64,000 nt of DNA from Escherichia coli. Its GTDB lineage: Bacteria > Pseudomonadota > Gammaproteobacteria > Enterobacterales > Enterobacteriaceae. The DNA is taken from the NCBI RefSeq assembly GCF_003018255.1, contig NZ_CP027440.1; one strand, 5' to 3'. Position 1 is the stretch's first letter. Every line of letters starts with the position of its first letter. A program made the translations under genes and the position numbers. Below are positions 23,505 through 34,938 of this stretch, piece by piece. The notes under the pieces were generated by a model. It made no database searches. It saw nothing but the letters and a program-made list of their open reading frames with translations, and had not been told where the DNA came from.

Positions 23505-23510
23505 AACTTT

Positions 23511-23548
23511 ACCCTGTTGTTACGGCAACAGGGTAAGTTCATCTTTTG
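23511..23548 (+). terminator. intrinsic terminator downstream of mepH
   Basis: ACCCTGTTG/CAACAGGGT stem followed by a T-rich tract. Confidence 0.6.
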
Positions 23549-23631
23549 TCTCACCTTTTAATTTGCTACCCTATCCATACGCACAATAAGGCTATTGTAC
23601 GTATGCAAATTAATAATAAAGGAGAGTAGCA

Positions 23632-24213
23632 ATGTCATTCGAATTACCTGCACTACCATATGCTAAAGATGCTCTGGCACCGCACATTTCTGCGGAAACC
23701 ATCGAGTATCACTATGGCAAGCATCATCAGACTTATGTCACTAACCTGAACAACCTGATTAAAGGTACCGCGTTTGAAGGTAAATCACTGGAAGAGATTA
23801 TTCGCAGCTCTGAAGGTGGCGTATTCAACAACGCAGCTCAGGTCTGGAACCATACTTTCTACTGGAACTGCCTGGCACCGAACGCGGGTGGCGAACCGAC
23901 TGGAAAAGTCGCTGAAGCTATCGCCGCATCTTTTGGCAGCTTTGCCGATTTCAAAGCACAGTTTACTGATGCAGCAATCAAAAACTTTGGTTCTGGCTGG
24001 ACCTGGCTGGTGAAAAACAGCGATGGCAAACTGGCTATCGTTTCAACCTCTAACGCGGGTACTCCGCTGACCACCGATGCGACTCCGCTGCTGACCGTTG
24101 ATGTCTGGGAACACGCTTATTACATCGACTATCGCAATGCACGTCCTGGCTATCTGGAGCACTTCTGGGCGCTGGTGAACTGGGAATTCGTAGCGAAAAA
24201 TCTCGCTGCATAA
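23632..24213 (+). CDS. sodB: Fe superoxide dismutase
   Basis: 193 aa [39 protein letters not shown]...; recognised as SodB; RBS AAAGGAGAG upstream. Confidence 0.95.
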   Translation: MSFELPALPYAKDALAPHISAETIEYHYGKHHQTYVTNLNNLIKGTAFEGKSLEEIIRSSEGGVFNNAAQVWNHTFYWNCLAPNAGGEPTGKVAEAIAASFGSFADFKAQFTDAAIKNFGSGWTWLVKNSDGKLAIVSTSNAGTPLTTDATPLLTVDVWEHAYYIDYRNARPGYLEHFWALVNWEFVAKNLAA

Positions 24214-24231
24214 TAACTGATGGCAAATGCA

Positions 24232-24300
24232 ACATTGCCTGATGCACTTCGCTTACCATGCCAACTCGGATGAAGCGTTAACACCGCATCCGGCAAGATA
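24232..24300. repeat. degenerate REP-like palindromic element
   Basis: Reverse complement reads tGCCGGATGCGGtGTtAACGCtTcATCCG..., resembling the REP consensus GCCGGATGCGGCGTGAACGCCTTATCCGGCCTAC with several mismatches. Confidence 0.45.
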
Positions 24301-24324
24301 AATCGCACGTTGCCAGCAACTGTA

Positions 24325-24353
24325 ACGCAGAAGGTTATCCTTCTGCGTTTTTG
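24325..24353 (+). terminator. intrinsic terminator of sodB
   Basis: ACGCAGAAGG-TTAT-CCTTCTGCGT hairpin followed by TTTTTG. Confidence 0.8.
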
Positions 24354-24358
24354 TGTAA

Positions 24359-25528
24359 TTAGCTGTTGGCAACGCAAACTGCCTCAGGTTGTTTTCTGGC
24401 TGACATAAACACCAGCAATAATGCCAGTCCCGCGACAATCGCCCCCATCACCGGCACAAAGCTGTATCCCAGCCCAGCGGAAATTACCGCACCACCAGCA
24501 GCAGCTCCCAGCGCATTTCCAAGATTAAAGGCACCAATATTGACTGATGAAGACAGACCAGGCGCTTCACTGGCGACACGCATCACGCGCATCTGTAACG
24601 GCGGTACGACCGCAAAGGTTGCAGCTCCCCACACCACCATGCTAATAGCTGCGCCGAACTCATTGCGGGCCAGGAACGGGATTGCTAGCATAATCACCAT
24701 CAGCAGCAACAAAAAGCCTTTCAACGTGCCGTTAACTGAACGATCTGCCAGTTTGCCGCCGAGATAGTTACCGATAGAGAATCCGACACCAATCAGCACC
24801 AGCATTGCCGTAACGAACACCGGCGTTGCGTGGGTAATACTTTGCAGTACCGGAGAGATATAGGTGTAGAGGGTAAACATTGCACCAGCTCCCAGTACCG
24901 TCGTCAGCAATGCAGACAGCACCTGCGGACGCATTAATACCGCCAGCTCTTTTTTCACTTCAGGTCGCGCCCCTGCGCCACCTTTAGGTAATGAGAAGAA
25001 CAGACTTACCATTGAAATCACGCCCAGCCCCGCCGTTGCCAGAAATGACATCCGCCAGCCGATGGTTTCGCCCAACCAGGTCGCTGCCGGAACGCCACCG
25101 ATATTTGCCAGGGTTAACCCCATAAACATAGTGGCAACTGCGCTGGCCTGTTTATGTTTTGGCACCACGCTTGCGGCCACAACTGAACCCAAACCAAAAA
25201 ATGCTCCGTGATTCAGGCTGGTCAAAATGCGTGAAAGCATCAGCGTCATATAATCCGGCGCGATGGCGGAAAGTACGTTGCCGAGCGTGAAAATCGCCAT
25301 CAGGAAAATCAACGCACTGCGGCGAGCACGATGAGAAAGTAGAAGCGTCATCAGCGGCGCGCCAACCATTACGCCAACTGCATAGGCACTGATTAACATT
25401 CCGGCAGCGGGAATCGAGACATCCACACCGCGCGCAATGACGGGCAATAAGCCCATTGGCGAGAACTCCGTTGTCCCGATACCAAACGCGCCAATCGCCA
25501 GCGCCAGCAACGGATAGTTAATTTTCAT
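24359..25528 (-). CDS. ydhP: MFS transporter (DHA1 family)
   Basis: 389 aa 12-TM-type ORF MKINYPLLALAIGAFGIGTTEFSPMGLLPV...; recognised as YdhP. Confidence 0.88.
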   Translation of the reverse strand: MKINYPLLALAIGAFGIGTTEFSPMGLLPVIARGVDVSIPAAGMLISAYAVGVMVGAPLMTLLLSHRARRSALIFLMAIFTLGNVLSAIAPDYMTLMLSRILTSLNHGAFFGLGSVVAASVVPKHKQASAVATMFMGLTLANIGGVPAATWLGETIGWRMSFLATAGLGVISMVSLFFSLPKGGAGARPEVKKELAVLMRPQVLSALLTTVLGAGAMFTLYTYISPVLQSITHATPVFVTAMLVLIGVGFSIGNYLGGKLADRSVNGTLKGFLLLLMVIMLAIPFLARNEFGAAISMVVWGAATFAVVPPLQMRVMRVASEAPGLSSSVNIGAFNLGNALGAAAGGAVISAGLGYSFVPVMGAIVAGLALLLVFMSARKQPEAVCVANS

Positions 25529-25693
25529 GCCTTATCTCCACCTCTTCGCGTCATTACGCGATATTCATTAAAGTGGCGAAAGCATGACAGCAATCACAAA
25601 AAAATGAAAATAACAAAAAGAGAAAACACTTTTGCCATTTTGCTAACAAACAGGAAGGAGATGCGAGGGAGAACGCGCTCCCTCGAGAGGAAA

Positions 25694-25783
25694 TCAGTGC
25701 AGCGCGGCAGTCAAACCCACGGCCACGATCAAACCGAGGACGATAATCGTTGTTACCAGTGAAAATTTAAGGTCGGTGCTCAT
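25694..25783 (-). CDS. ynhF: 29 aa hydrophobic small membrane protein
   Basis: Manual translation of the minus strand: ATG...TGA encoding MSTDLKFSLVTTIIVLGLIVAVGLTAALH; below the ORF-track size cutoff; matches the small protein YnhF I recall between ydhP and purR. Confidence 0.7.
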   Translation of the reverse strand: MSTDLKFSLVTTIIVLGLIVAVGLTAALH

Positions 25784-26021
25784 CAAGTTTTCTCCTTTTT
25801 TATTACCACACAAAAAGTGATATTACGCATTTTTACACACTGTGATGAAAAAATCTCCCGTCATTTATAATGATAAGTGTTTTTACCACTTCCCCTTTTC
25901 GTCAAGATCGGCCAAAATTCCACGCTTACACTATTTGCGTACTGGCCATTGACCCCTTCCTGACGCTCCGTGTCGTTTTTCCGGCGTACCGCAACACTTT
26001 TGTTGTGCGTAAGGTGTGTAA

Positions 26022-26037
26022 AGGCAAACGTTTAGCT
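26022..26037 (+). promoter_or_regulatory. PurR operator (pur box) O1 in the purR leader
   Basis: AGGCAAACGTTTAGCT matches the pur-box core GCAAACGTTT; purR is autoregulated by two downstream operators. Confidence 0.7.
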
Positions 26038-26081
26038 TGCGATTTTGCAGGAGCTGAAGTTAGGGTCTGGAGTGAAATGGA

Positions 26082-27107
26082 ATGGCAACAATAAAAGATG
26101 TAGCGAAACGAGCAAACGTTTCCACTACAACTGTGTCACACGTGATCAACAAAACACGTTTCGTCGCTGAAGAAACGCGCAACGCCGTGTGGGCAGCGAT
26201 TAAAGAATTACACTACTCCCCTAGCGCGGTGGCGCGTAGCCTGAAGGTTAACCACACCAAGTCTATCGGTTTGCTGGCGACCAGCAGCGAAGCGGCCTAT
26301 TTTGCCGAGATCATTGAAGCGGTTGAAAAAAATTGCTTCCAGAAAGGTTACACCCTGATTCTGGGCAATGCGTGGAACAATCTTGAGAAACAGCGGGCTT
26401 ATCTGTCGATGATGGCGCAAAAACGCGTCGATGGTCTGCTGGTGATGTGTTCTGAGTACCCAGAGCCGTTGCTGGCGATGCTGGAAGAGTATCGCCATAT
26501 CCCAATGGTGGTGATGGACTGGGGTGAAGCAAAAGCTGACTTCACCGATGCGGTCATTGATAACGCATTCGAAGGCGGCTACATGGCCGGGCGTTATCTG
26601 ATTGAACGCGGTCATCGCGAAATCGGCGTTATCCCTGGCCCGCTGGAACGTAACACCGGCGCAGGCCGCCTTGCCGGTTTTATGAAGGCGATGGAAGAAG
26701 CGATGATCAAAGTGCCGGAAAGCTGGATTGTACAGGGTGACTTTGAACCTGAATCCGGTTATCGCGCCATGCAGCAAATACTGTCGCAACCGCATCGCCC
26801 TACTGCCGTCTTCTGTGGTGGCGATATCATGGCAATGGGCGCACTTTGTGCTGCTGATGAAATGGGTCTGCGCGTGCCGCAGGATGTTTCGCTGATCGGT
26901 TATGATAACGTGCGCAACGCCCGCTATTTTACGCCAGCGCTGACCACGATCCATCAGCCAAAAGATTCGCTGGGCGAAACGGCGTTCAACATGCTGTTGG
27001 ATCGTATCGTCAATAAACGCGAAGAACCGCAGTCCATTGAAGTGCATCCGCGCTTGATTGAACGCCGCTCCGTGGCTGACGGCCCGTTCCGCGACTATCG
27101 TCGTTAA
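26082..27107 (+). CDS. purR: purine repressor (LacI family)
   Basis: 341 aa [31 protein letters not shown]...; recognised as PurR. Confidence 0.95.
26110..26125 (+). promoter_or_regulatory. PurR operator (pur box) O2 inside the purR coding region
   Basis: GAGCAAACGTTTCCAC at codons 10-15 of purR; second pur-box match. Confidence 0.65.
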
Positions 27108-28036
27108 TCACCCGTTGCGGGAGTCTCTTCCGGCTCCCGCAGCCACTCCTTATTCAGCGTCTCACTATCGCCGAGATACTCAAGCAACCAGGTTAACGCA
27201 GGCGACATATCATTTTGCTGCCATGTCAGACAACATGCCGAATCCGGGAAGGGGTTTTCCAGTTCTAGTGCTACCCACTTCCCCTCATTAAGCCACGGTT
27301 TGGCGAAATGTGTTGGCACCATCCCTATGCATAATCCTGCCGAGATACAGGTTGCCGATGATTCCCAGTCAGGCACGACAAGTCTTTTTTGGTTATCCAG
27401 CAACCAGGTAATACGTTTAGGTAGCGTTCGCGAGGTGTCTTCGCGCACCAACGACGGCCAGTTGCGCAACGTATCATCGCTGAACGGGCCATCCATCAAC
27501 GCCAGCGGGTGGTGGCTGGCAACAACGCAACTCCAGCTTAGCATCCCCATATCGCGGAAGGCATAACGACCGCCTACCGGAATCGCGCGTGTTGCGCCAA
27601 TCGCCAGTTCCACGCGCCCGTCGGAAAGCGCATCCCAGACACCGTTGAACACTTCCTGAAAGACAAGAAGTTCGACATCATCAAAATGGCGATAAAAATC
27701 AACGATCATCTGCCGTGTACGTTCTGGCCTGACAATATTATCCACTGCGATAGCTAACTGACCGCGCCAGCCGTTCGCTATCTGCTGACATTGCTGCCGG
27801 GTGATCTGCATTTTTTTGACAACAGAGCGCCCTTCTTTGAGAAACCACGCCCCGGCAGCGGTCAGTTCCACATCACGGTGACGTCGTTCAAACAGCGGCA
27901 CCGCCAGCCACTCTTCCAGCTGACGCACGGTATAGCTGACCGCAGAAGGAACGCGATGCAACTCCTGTGCCGCAGCGCTAAAACTACCATTACGCGCTAC
28001 CGCATCAACAACTTCGAGTGAATATTCTGACCACAT
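27104..28036 (-). CDS. punR: LysR-family transcriptional regulator
   Basis: 310 aa ORF with N-terminal HTH ([41 protein letters not shown]); recognised as YdhB/PunR; divergent from punC. Confidence 0.88.
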
Positions 28037-28148
28037 AGTCTGCCTGCAAAATTTTTGAAACCAGTCATCAAATATTACCGTTTCACAACACTAATTTCAC
28101 TCCCTACACTTTGCGGCGGTGTTTAATTGAGAGATTTAGAGAATATAC

Positions 28149-29360
28149 ATGCAACCTGGGAAAAGATTTTTAGTCTGGCTGGCGGGTTTGAGCGTACTCG
28201 GTTTTCTGGCAACCGATATGTATCTGCCTGCTTTCGCCGCCATACAGGCCGACCTGCAAACGCCTGCGTCTGCTGTCAGTGCCAGCCTTAGTCTGTTCCT
28301 TGCCGGTTTTGCCGCAGCCCAGCTTCTGTGGGGGCCGCTCTCCGACCGTTATGGTCGTAAACCGGTATTATTAATCGGCCTGACAATTTTTGCGTTAGGT
28401 AGTCTGGGGATGCTGTGGGTAGAAAACGCCGCTACGCTGCTGGTATTGCGTTTTGTACAGGCTGTGGGTGTCTGCGCCGCGGCAGTTATCTGGCAAGCGT
28501 TAGTGACGGATTATTATCCTTCACAGAAAGTTAACCGTATTTTTGCGACCATCATGCCGCTGGTGGGTCTATCTCCGGCACTGGCTCCTCTGTTAGGAAG
28601 CTGGCTGCTGGTCCATTTTTCCTGGCAGGCGATTTTCGCCACCCTGTTTGCCATTACCGTGGTGCTGATTCTGCCTATTTTCTGGCTCAAACCCACGACG
28701 AAGGCCCGTAACAATAGTCAGGATGGTCTGACCTTTACCGACCTGCTACGTTCTAAAACCTATCGCGGCAACGTGCTGATATATGCGGCCTGTTCAGCCA
28801 GTTTTTTTGCATGGCTGACCGGCTCACCGTTCATCCTTAGTGAAATGGGCTACAGCCCGGCAGTTATTGGTTTAAGTTATGTCCCGCAAACTATCGCGTT
28901 TCTGATTGGTGGTTATGGCTGTCGCGCCGCACTGCAGAAATGGCAAGGCAAGCAGTTATTACCGTGGTTGCTGGTACTGTTTGCTGTCAGCGTCATTGCG
29001 ACCTGGGCTGCGGGCTTCATTAGCCATGTGTCGCTAGTCGAAATCCTGATCCCATTCTGTGTGATGGCGATTGCCAATGGCGCGATCTACCCGATTGTTG
29101 TCGCCCAGGCGCTGCGTCCCTTCCCACATGCAACTGGTCGCGCCGCAGCGTTGCAGAACACTCTACAACTGGGTCTGTGCTTCCTCGCAAGTCTGGTAGT
29201 TTCCTGGCTTATCAGTATCAGCACGCCATTGCTCACCACCACCAGCGTGATGTTATCAACAGTAGTGCTGGTCGCTCTGGGTTACATGATGCAACGTTGT
29301 GAAGAAGTAGACTGTCAGAATCATGGCAATGCCGAAGTCGCTCATAGCGAATCACACTGA
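28149..29360 (+). CDS. punC: MFS transporter (purine nucleoside/drug exporter type)
   Basis: 403 aa multi-TM ORF; recognised as YdhC/PunC. Confidence 0.88.
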   Translation: MQPGKRFLVWLAGLSVLGFLATDMYLPAFAAIQADLQTPASAVSASLSLFLAGFAAAQLLWGPLSDRYGRKPVLLIGLTIFALGSLGMLWVENAATLLVLRFVQAVGVCAAAVIWQALVTDYYPSQKVNRIFATIMPLVGLSPALAPLLGSWLLVHFSWQAIFATLFAITVVLILPIFWLKPTTKARNNSQDGLTFTDLLRSKTYRGNVLIYAACSASFFAWLTGSPFILSEMGYSPAVIGLSYVPQTIAFLIGGYGCRAALQKWQGKQLLPWLLVLFAVSVIATWAAGFISHVSLVEILIPFCVMAIANGAIYPIVVAQALRPFPHATGRAAALQNTLQLGLCFLASLVVSWLISISTPLLTTTSVMLSTVVLVALGYMMQRCEEVDCQNHGNAEVAHSESH

Positions 29361-29650
29361 TCTATATCGATATGATTATACTTAGGCTGCTAACAAAATT
29401 TTGTTGTATGATTGAAATTAGCGGCCTATACTAATTTCGAGTTGTTAAAGCTACGATAAATATTATGTTTTTACGGGGACAGGATCGTTCCCGACTCACT
29501 ATGGATGGTCATTTCGGCAAGGGTTCCTCCTTTCCCTCTGTTCTACGTCGGATTATAGACTCGCGGTTTTTTCTGCGAGATTTCTCACAAAGCCCAAAAA
29601 GCGTCTACGCTGTTTTAAGGTTCTGATCACCGACCAGTGATGGAGAAACT

Positions 29651-30799
29651 ATGAGTTCATCGTGTATAGAAGAAGTCAGTGTACCGGATGACAACTGGTA
29701 CCGTATCGCCAACGAATTACTTAGCCGTGCCGGTATAGCCATTAACGGTTCTGCCCCGGCGGATATTCGTGTGAAAAACCCCGATTTTTTTAAACGCGTT
29801 CTGCAGGAAGGATCGTTGGGGTTAGGCGAAAGTTATATGGATGGCTGGTGGGAATGTGACCGACTGGATATGTTTTTTAGCAAAGTCTTACGCGCAGGTC
29901 TCGAGAACCAACTCCCCCATCATTTCAAAGACACGCTGCGTATTGCCGGCGCTCGTCTCTTCAATCTGCAGAGTAAAAAACGTGCCTGGATAGTCGGCAA
30001 AGAGCATTACGATTTGGGTAATGACTTGTTCAGCCGCATGCTTGATCCCTTCATGCAATATTCCTGCGCTTACTGGAAAGATGCCGATAATCTGGAATCT
30101 GCCCAGCAGGCGAAGCTCAAAATGATTTGTGAAAAATTGCAGTTAAAACCAGGGATGCGCGTACTGGATATTGGCTGCGGCTGGGGCGGACTGGCGCACT
30201 ACATGGCATCTAATTATGACGTAAGCGTGGTTGGCGTCACCATTTCTGCCGAACAGCAAAAAATGGCTCAGGAACGCTGTGAAGGCCTGGATGTCACCAT
30301 TTTGCTGCAAGATTATCGTGACCTGAACGACCAGTTTGATCGTATTGTTTCTGTGGGGATGTTCGAGCACGTCGGACCGAAAAATTACGATACCTATTTT
30401 GCGGTGGTGGATCGTAATTTGAAACCGGAAGGCATATTCCTGCTCCATACTATCGGTTCGAAAAAAACCGATCTGAATGTTGATCCCTGGATTAATAAAT
30501 ATATTTTTCCGAACGGTTGCCTGCCCTCTGTACGCCAGATTGCTCAGTCCAGCGAACCCCACTTTGTGATGGAAGACTGGCATAACTTCGGTGCTGATTA
30601 CGATACTACGTTGATGGCGTGGTATGAACGATTCCTCGCCGCATGGCCAGAAATTGCGGATAACTACAGTGAACGCTTTAAACGGATGTTTACCTATTAT
30701 CTGAATGCCTGTGCAGGTGCTTTCCGCGCCCGTGATATTCAGCTCTGGCAGGTGGTGTTCTCACGCGGTGTTGAAAACGGCCTTCGAGTCGCTCGCTAA
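29651..30799 (+). CDS. cfa: cyclopropane-fatty-acyl-phospholipid synthase
   Basis: 382 aa ORF with SAM-binding motif VLDIGCGWGGLA; recognised as Cfa. Confidence 0.94.
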   Translation: MSSSCIEEVSVPDDNWYRIANELLSRAGIAINGSAPADIRVKNPDFFKRVLQEGSLGLGESYMDGWWECDRLDMFFSKVLRAGLENQLPHHFKDTLRIAGARLFNLQSKKRAWIVGKEHYDLGNDLFSRMLDPFMQYSCAYWKDADNLESAQQAKLKMICEKLQLKPGMRVLDIGCGWGGLAHYMASNYDVSVVGVTISAEQQKMAQERCEGLDVTILLQDYRDLNDQFDRIVSVGMFEHVGPKNYDTYFAVVDRNLKPEGIFLLHTIGSKKTDLNVDPWINKYIFPNGCLPSVRQIAQSSEPHFVMEDWHNFGADYDTTLMAWYERFLAAWPEIADNYSERFKRMFTYYLNACAGAFRARDIQLWQVVFSRGVENGLRVAR

Positions 30800-30809
30800 A
30801 GGCTATTCT

Positions 30810-30832
30810 ATCGCCCCCTCTCCGGGGGCGAT
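30810..30832. terminator. bidirectional stem-loop between cfa and ribC
   Basis: Perfect 9 bp GC-rich inverted repeat ATCGCCCCC-TCTCC-GGGGGCGAT in the 39 bp convergent gap. Confidence 0.7.
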
Positions 30833-30838
30833 TTCAGA

Positions 30839-31480
30839 TCAGGCTTCTGTACCTGGTTGATTCATGGCATTTTCTCGTGCTGCCAGCACACGTTCTACGG
30901 TATCTACCACTGCCTGAGTTTGTGGATCAATTTCAATGTTGACGCGTGCGCCGAGTTTTTTCTTCCCAAGAGTCGTGCGTTCCAGGGTTTCCGGAATTAA
31001 ATGGACGCAAAAACGCGTTGGCGTGACTTCGCCGACGGTCAGGCTAATACCGTCGATGCCAATAAATCCTTTGTACAGAATATATTTCATCAACTGACTA
31101 TCCTGGACTTTAAACCAGATCTGGCGATTATTTTCCGAGGTTAATATTTTCGCCACTTCAGCGGTGGTCATAATATGACCTGACATTAAGTGTCCGCCAA
31201 TTTCATCACTGAATTTCGCCGCACGCTCAACGTTTACCCAATCCCCCACTTTTAAATCGCCAAGATTGGTAATGCGTAACGTTTCTTTCATCAGGTCAAA
31301 ACTGACATGGTTGCCGTTAATTTCCGTCACGGTCAGGCAGCAACCGTTATGCGCCACGGACGCACCGGTTTCCAGGCCCTCCAGCATGTGGTCGGGTAAC
31401 TCCACCACATGCGTACGAAAATTTGGTTTCTCGTCAATCGACACCAGTTTTGCGGTGCCCTGTACAATCCCCGTAAACAT
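30839..31480 (-). CDS. ribC: riboflavin synthase
   Basis: 213 aa [33 protein letters not shown]...; recognised as riboflavin synthase. Confidence 0.93.
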   Translation of the reverse strand: MFTGIVQGTAKLVSIDEKPNFRTHVVELPDHMLEGLETGASVAHNGCCLTVTEINGNHVSFDLMKETLRITNLGDLKVGDWVNVERAAKFSDEIGGHLMSGHIMTTAEVAKILTSENNRQIWFKVQDSQLMKYILYKGFIGIDGISLTVGEVTPTRFCVHLIPETLERTTLGKKKLGARVNIEIDPQTQAVVDTVERVLAARENAMNQPGTEA

Positions 31481-31673
31481 ACTTACAACTCCTGAAATCA
31501 GTTAAGACATTCTGTTCAGCACAATAGCAGGTGGCAAACGCCCTTACCAGTGAAGGGGTAAGAATGACTATTTTTTCACTGGAGAATTAATAAATCCTCG
31601 CTACAATAGACTGAATTTCCCCTGCTTCTTCTTTTTGCTGCCCATTCAGGCGGCTTTTTAGTCTCTCATATAA

Positions 31674-33068
<1,395 letters not shown>

Positions 33069-33077
33069 TAAAGACAA

Positions 33078-33110
33078 GGCGCAACCTTCACGGGTTGCGC
33101 CTGTGTTTTT
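33078..33110 (+). terminator. intrinsic terminator after mdtK (convergent with ydhQ)
   Basis: GGCGCAACC-TTCACG-GGTTGCGCC hairpin followed by TGTGTTTTT. Confidence 0.75.
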
Positions 33111-34365
33111 ACGCAGGCTGGAGCGTTGCGCCAATCCCGTCTTCGTCTGGCTGTAGTTTCAGTGCGTTACACAGAGTTTGCCGACTGGCATCTGTTATCT
33201 CAACGTGTATATCACCAGTAACTTCCCCTTTCACATTGATGAAGTCAGGTGAAATTTCTTTCGCACTGGTTTGCAGGCAAATCGCTCCCTCTCCGCGCAG
33301 GCGTTTCACTTTCAGTTGCACATGCGTTGCCGCACCAGTGATTAGCCACAGTTTTCCGCCATTTAGATTGATGCTACCAACACTGAAAGTGACACTGTCA
33401 CCTTTTACCGTACTGCCGTCGAGAATCAATACACCGCCCTGCTGTACAGTAATCGTTGATTGTTGCAGATCTGCGCCATAGCCAATAATCATTGAAGCGC
33501 CGTCCAGTAATGCAACACTACCGGTCAGTTCAACCGGTGCGCGATCTTCCTCTACGACAAAATTTTCGTCCGCGCTGGTGGGTGACAACAGGATGACTGT
33601 CCCACCTTGTATTACCGCATTTTCCAGCGTACCGGCATGCACTTCAGCCCGACCACCCACATTAACGGACAGGTTTTGCGTCTTACCGGAACTGTAGAGC
33701 TGAAGACCATCCGTCCCCAGACGATAAGTGGATCCATTCTCAACAATAGTGTCAGAGTCTTCACCACCGAGATTATTCATGGTGCCACCAGCAAGCAATG
33801 TATCACTGGCTTTCCCCGCCAGCATAAAAACGCCGCCCTGATTAATCTCACAATTGCTGGCTTCCCCACCTGGATACACCAACAATTCACCACCTTCATC
33901 TACCACGACCGCTGAGGTTGTCCCATTGACCAACAGGCCACCCTCTTGATCGAGAATAATTTTTTCCGCGCGATGGCCTTCCAGTACACGCAGGTTACCG
34001 CCATTTTCCAGCAACAAACCGCAGGCATAACCTTTATCAACGCTGAATTCACCTTCGGGATGGCGGCCATTAACCGTAGCGAGCGTAGAGAGACTAATTG
34101 CGCCTCCCTCGGACTGAACAATATCTGTGGCAATGGCACCGTCGCTGACCGATAGCGTGCCATTGTTGCCGTACTGTGTGCATTTGGCGATCCCACCGGT
34201 TGCCACTTTCAACCAGCCAGCCCCCGTGACCACGGTATTTTCGGCTCTTCCGCCAGCTTCAACAATTAACTCACCTTCAGTAAGTTGCGTCGCGCCAATG
34301 ACCTCGCCGGTCTTAACAATTTGCACGTTCCCGTCGCTCATCAAGTTTTTCGCATCAGATCCCAT
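33109..34365 (-). CDS. ydhQ: autotransporter-passenger-like repeat protein
   Basis: 418 aa ORF rich in Gly/Thr/Val beta-strand-type repeats; no obvious N-terminal signal peptide and too short for a C-terminal beta-barrel; recognised as YdhQ. Confidence 0.85.
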   Translation of the reverse strand: MGSDAKNLMSDGNVQIVKTGEVIGATQLTEGELIVEAGGRAENTVVTGAGWLKVATGGIAKCTQYGNNGTLSVSDGAIATDIVQSEGGAISLSTLATVNGRHPEGEFSVDKGYACGLLLENGGNLRVLEGHRAEKIILDQEGGLLVNGTTSAVVVDEGGELLVYPGGEASNCEINQGGVFMLAGKASDTLLAGGTMNNLGGEDSDTIVENGSTYRLGTDGLQLYSSGKTQNLSVNVGGRAEVHAGTLENAVIQGGTVILLSPTSADENFVVEEDRAPVELTGSVALLDGASMIIGYGADLQQSTITVQQGGVLILDGSTVKGDSVTFSVGSINLNGGKLWLITGAATHVQLKVKRLRGEGAICLQTSAKEISPDFINVKGEVTGDIHVEITDASRQTLCNALKLQPDEDGIGATLQPA

Positions 34366-34618
34366 GATTTATTCCTTTGCTGCATCTGTGTGCCTTTATT
34401 GCTACCTAAGTGTAAAGGCTACGGAGGATTTATCCACGACAGATTTTGAGATGGTGGCAAACAACTCTGTTTAAACTCTGATACACGGATTATTGGGTTG
34501 TATCTGATGTAAATGCGATCCTGAATAAAAATCGCCCTTGCAAATCAACAAAATATAGCCAATTTGCTTAAAAGCTCTGCAAACGGTCGAAATAGCGCAG
34601 AAAATTACGTTTTGCCTC

Positions 34619-34647
34619 TTGCCACCTTCCCACTCTGCCGCTAATAT
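34619..34647 (+). promoter_or_regulatory. candidate sigma70 promoter of the valV-valW tRNA operon
   Basis: TTGCCA -35, 17 bp spacer, TAATAT -10, followed by GC-rich discriminator TCGTCCCCG about 20 bp before the tRNA 5' end. Confidence 0.55.
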
Positions 34648-34673
34648 TCGTCCCCGTTGTCACCTACAACGTT

Positions 34674-34750
34674 GCGTTCATAGCTCAGTTGGTTAGAGCA
34701 CCACCTTGACATGGTGGGGGTCGTTGGTTCGAGTCCAATTGAACGCACCA
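34674..34750 (+). tRNA. valV: tRNA-Val (anticodon GAC)
   Basis: 77 nt: GCGTTCATAGCTCAGTTGGTTAGAGCACCACCTTGACATGGTGGGGGTCGTTGGTTCGAGTCCAATTGAACGCACCA; canonical D-loop, T-loop GTTCGAGTC and encoded CCA. Confidence 0.95.
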
Positions 34751-34754
34751 TCCT

Positions 34755-34831
34755 GCGTCCGTAGCTCAGTTGGTTAGAGCACCACCTTGACATGGTGGGG
34801 GTCGGTGGTTCGAGTCCACTCGGACGCACCA
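34755..34831 (+). tRNA. valW: tRNA-Val (anticodon GAC), tandem copy
   Basis: 77 nt copy 4 bp downstream of valV; differs in acceptor stem (TCCG...CGGA vs TTCA...TGAA) and T-stem with compensatory changes; encoded CCA. Confidence 0.95.
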
Positions 34832-34938
34832 GATTTTCTTAATCTGGTCTTCTCCTTTTTCCCTCTGTTTCTTCTCTATATCCAATACGTTAAAAGATTT
34901 ACACTGTCTTCGTATGCGTTATCAGAAGGAGAATCGCT

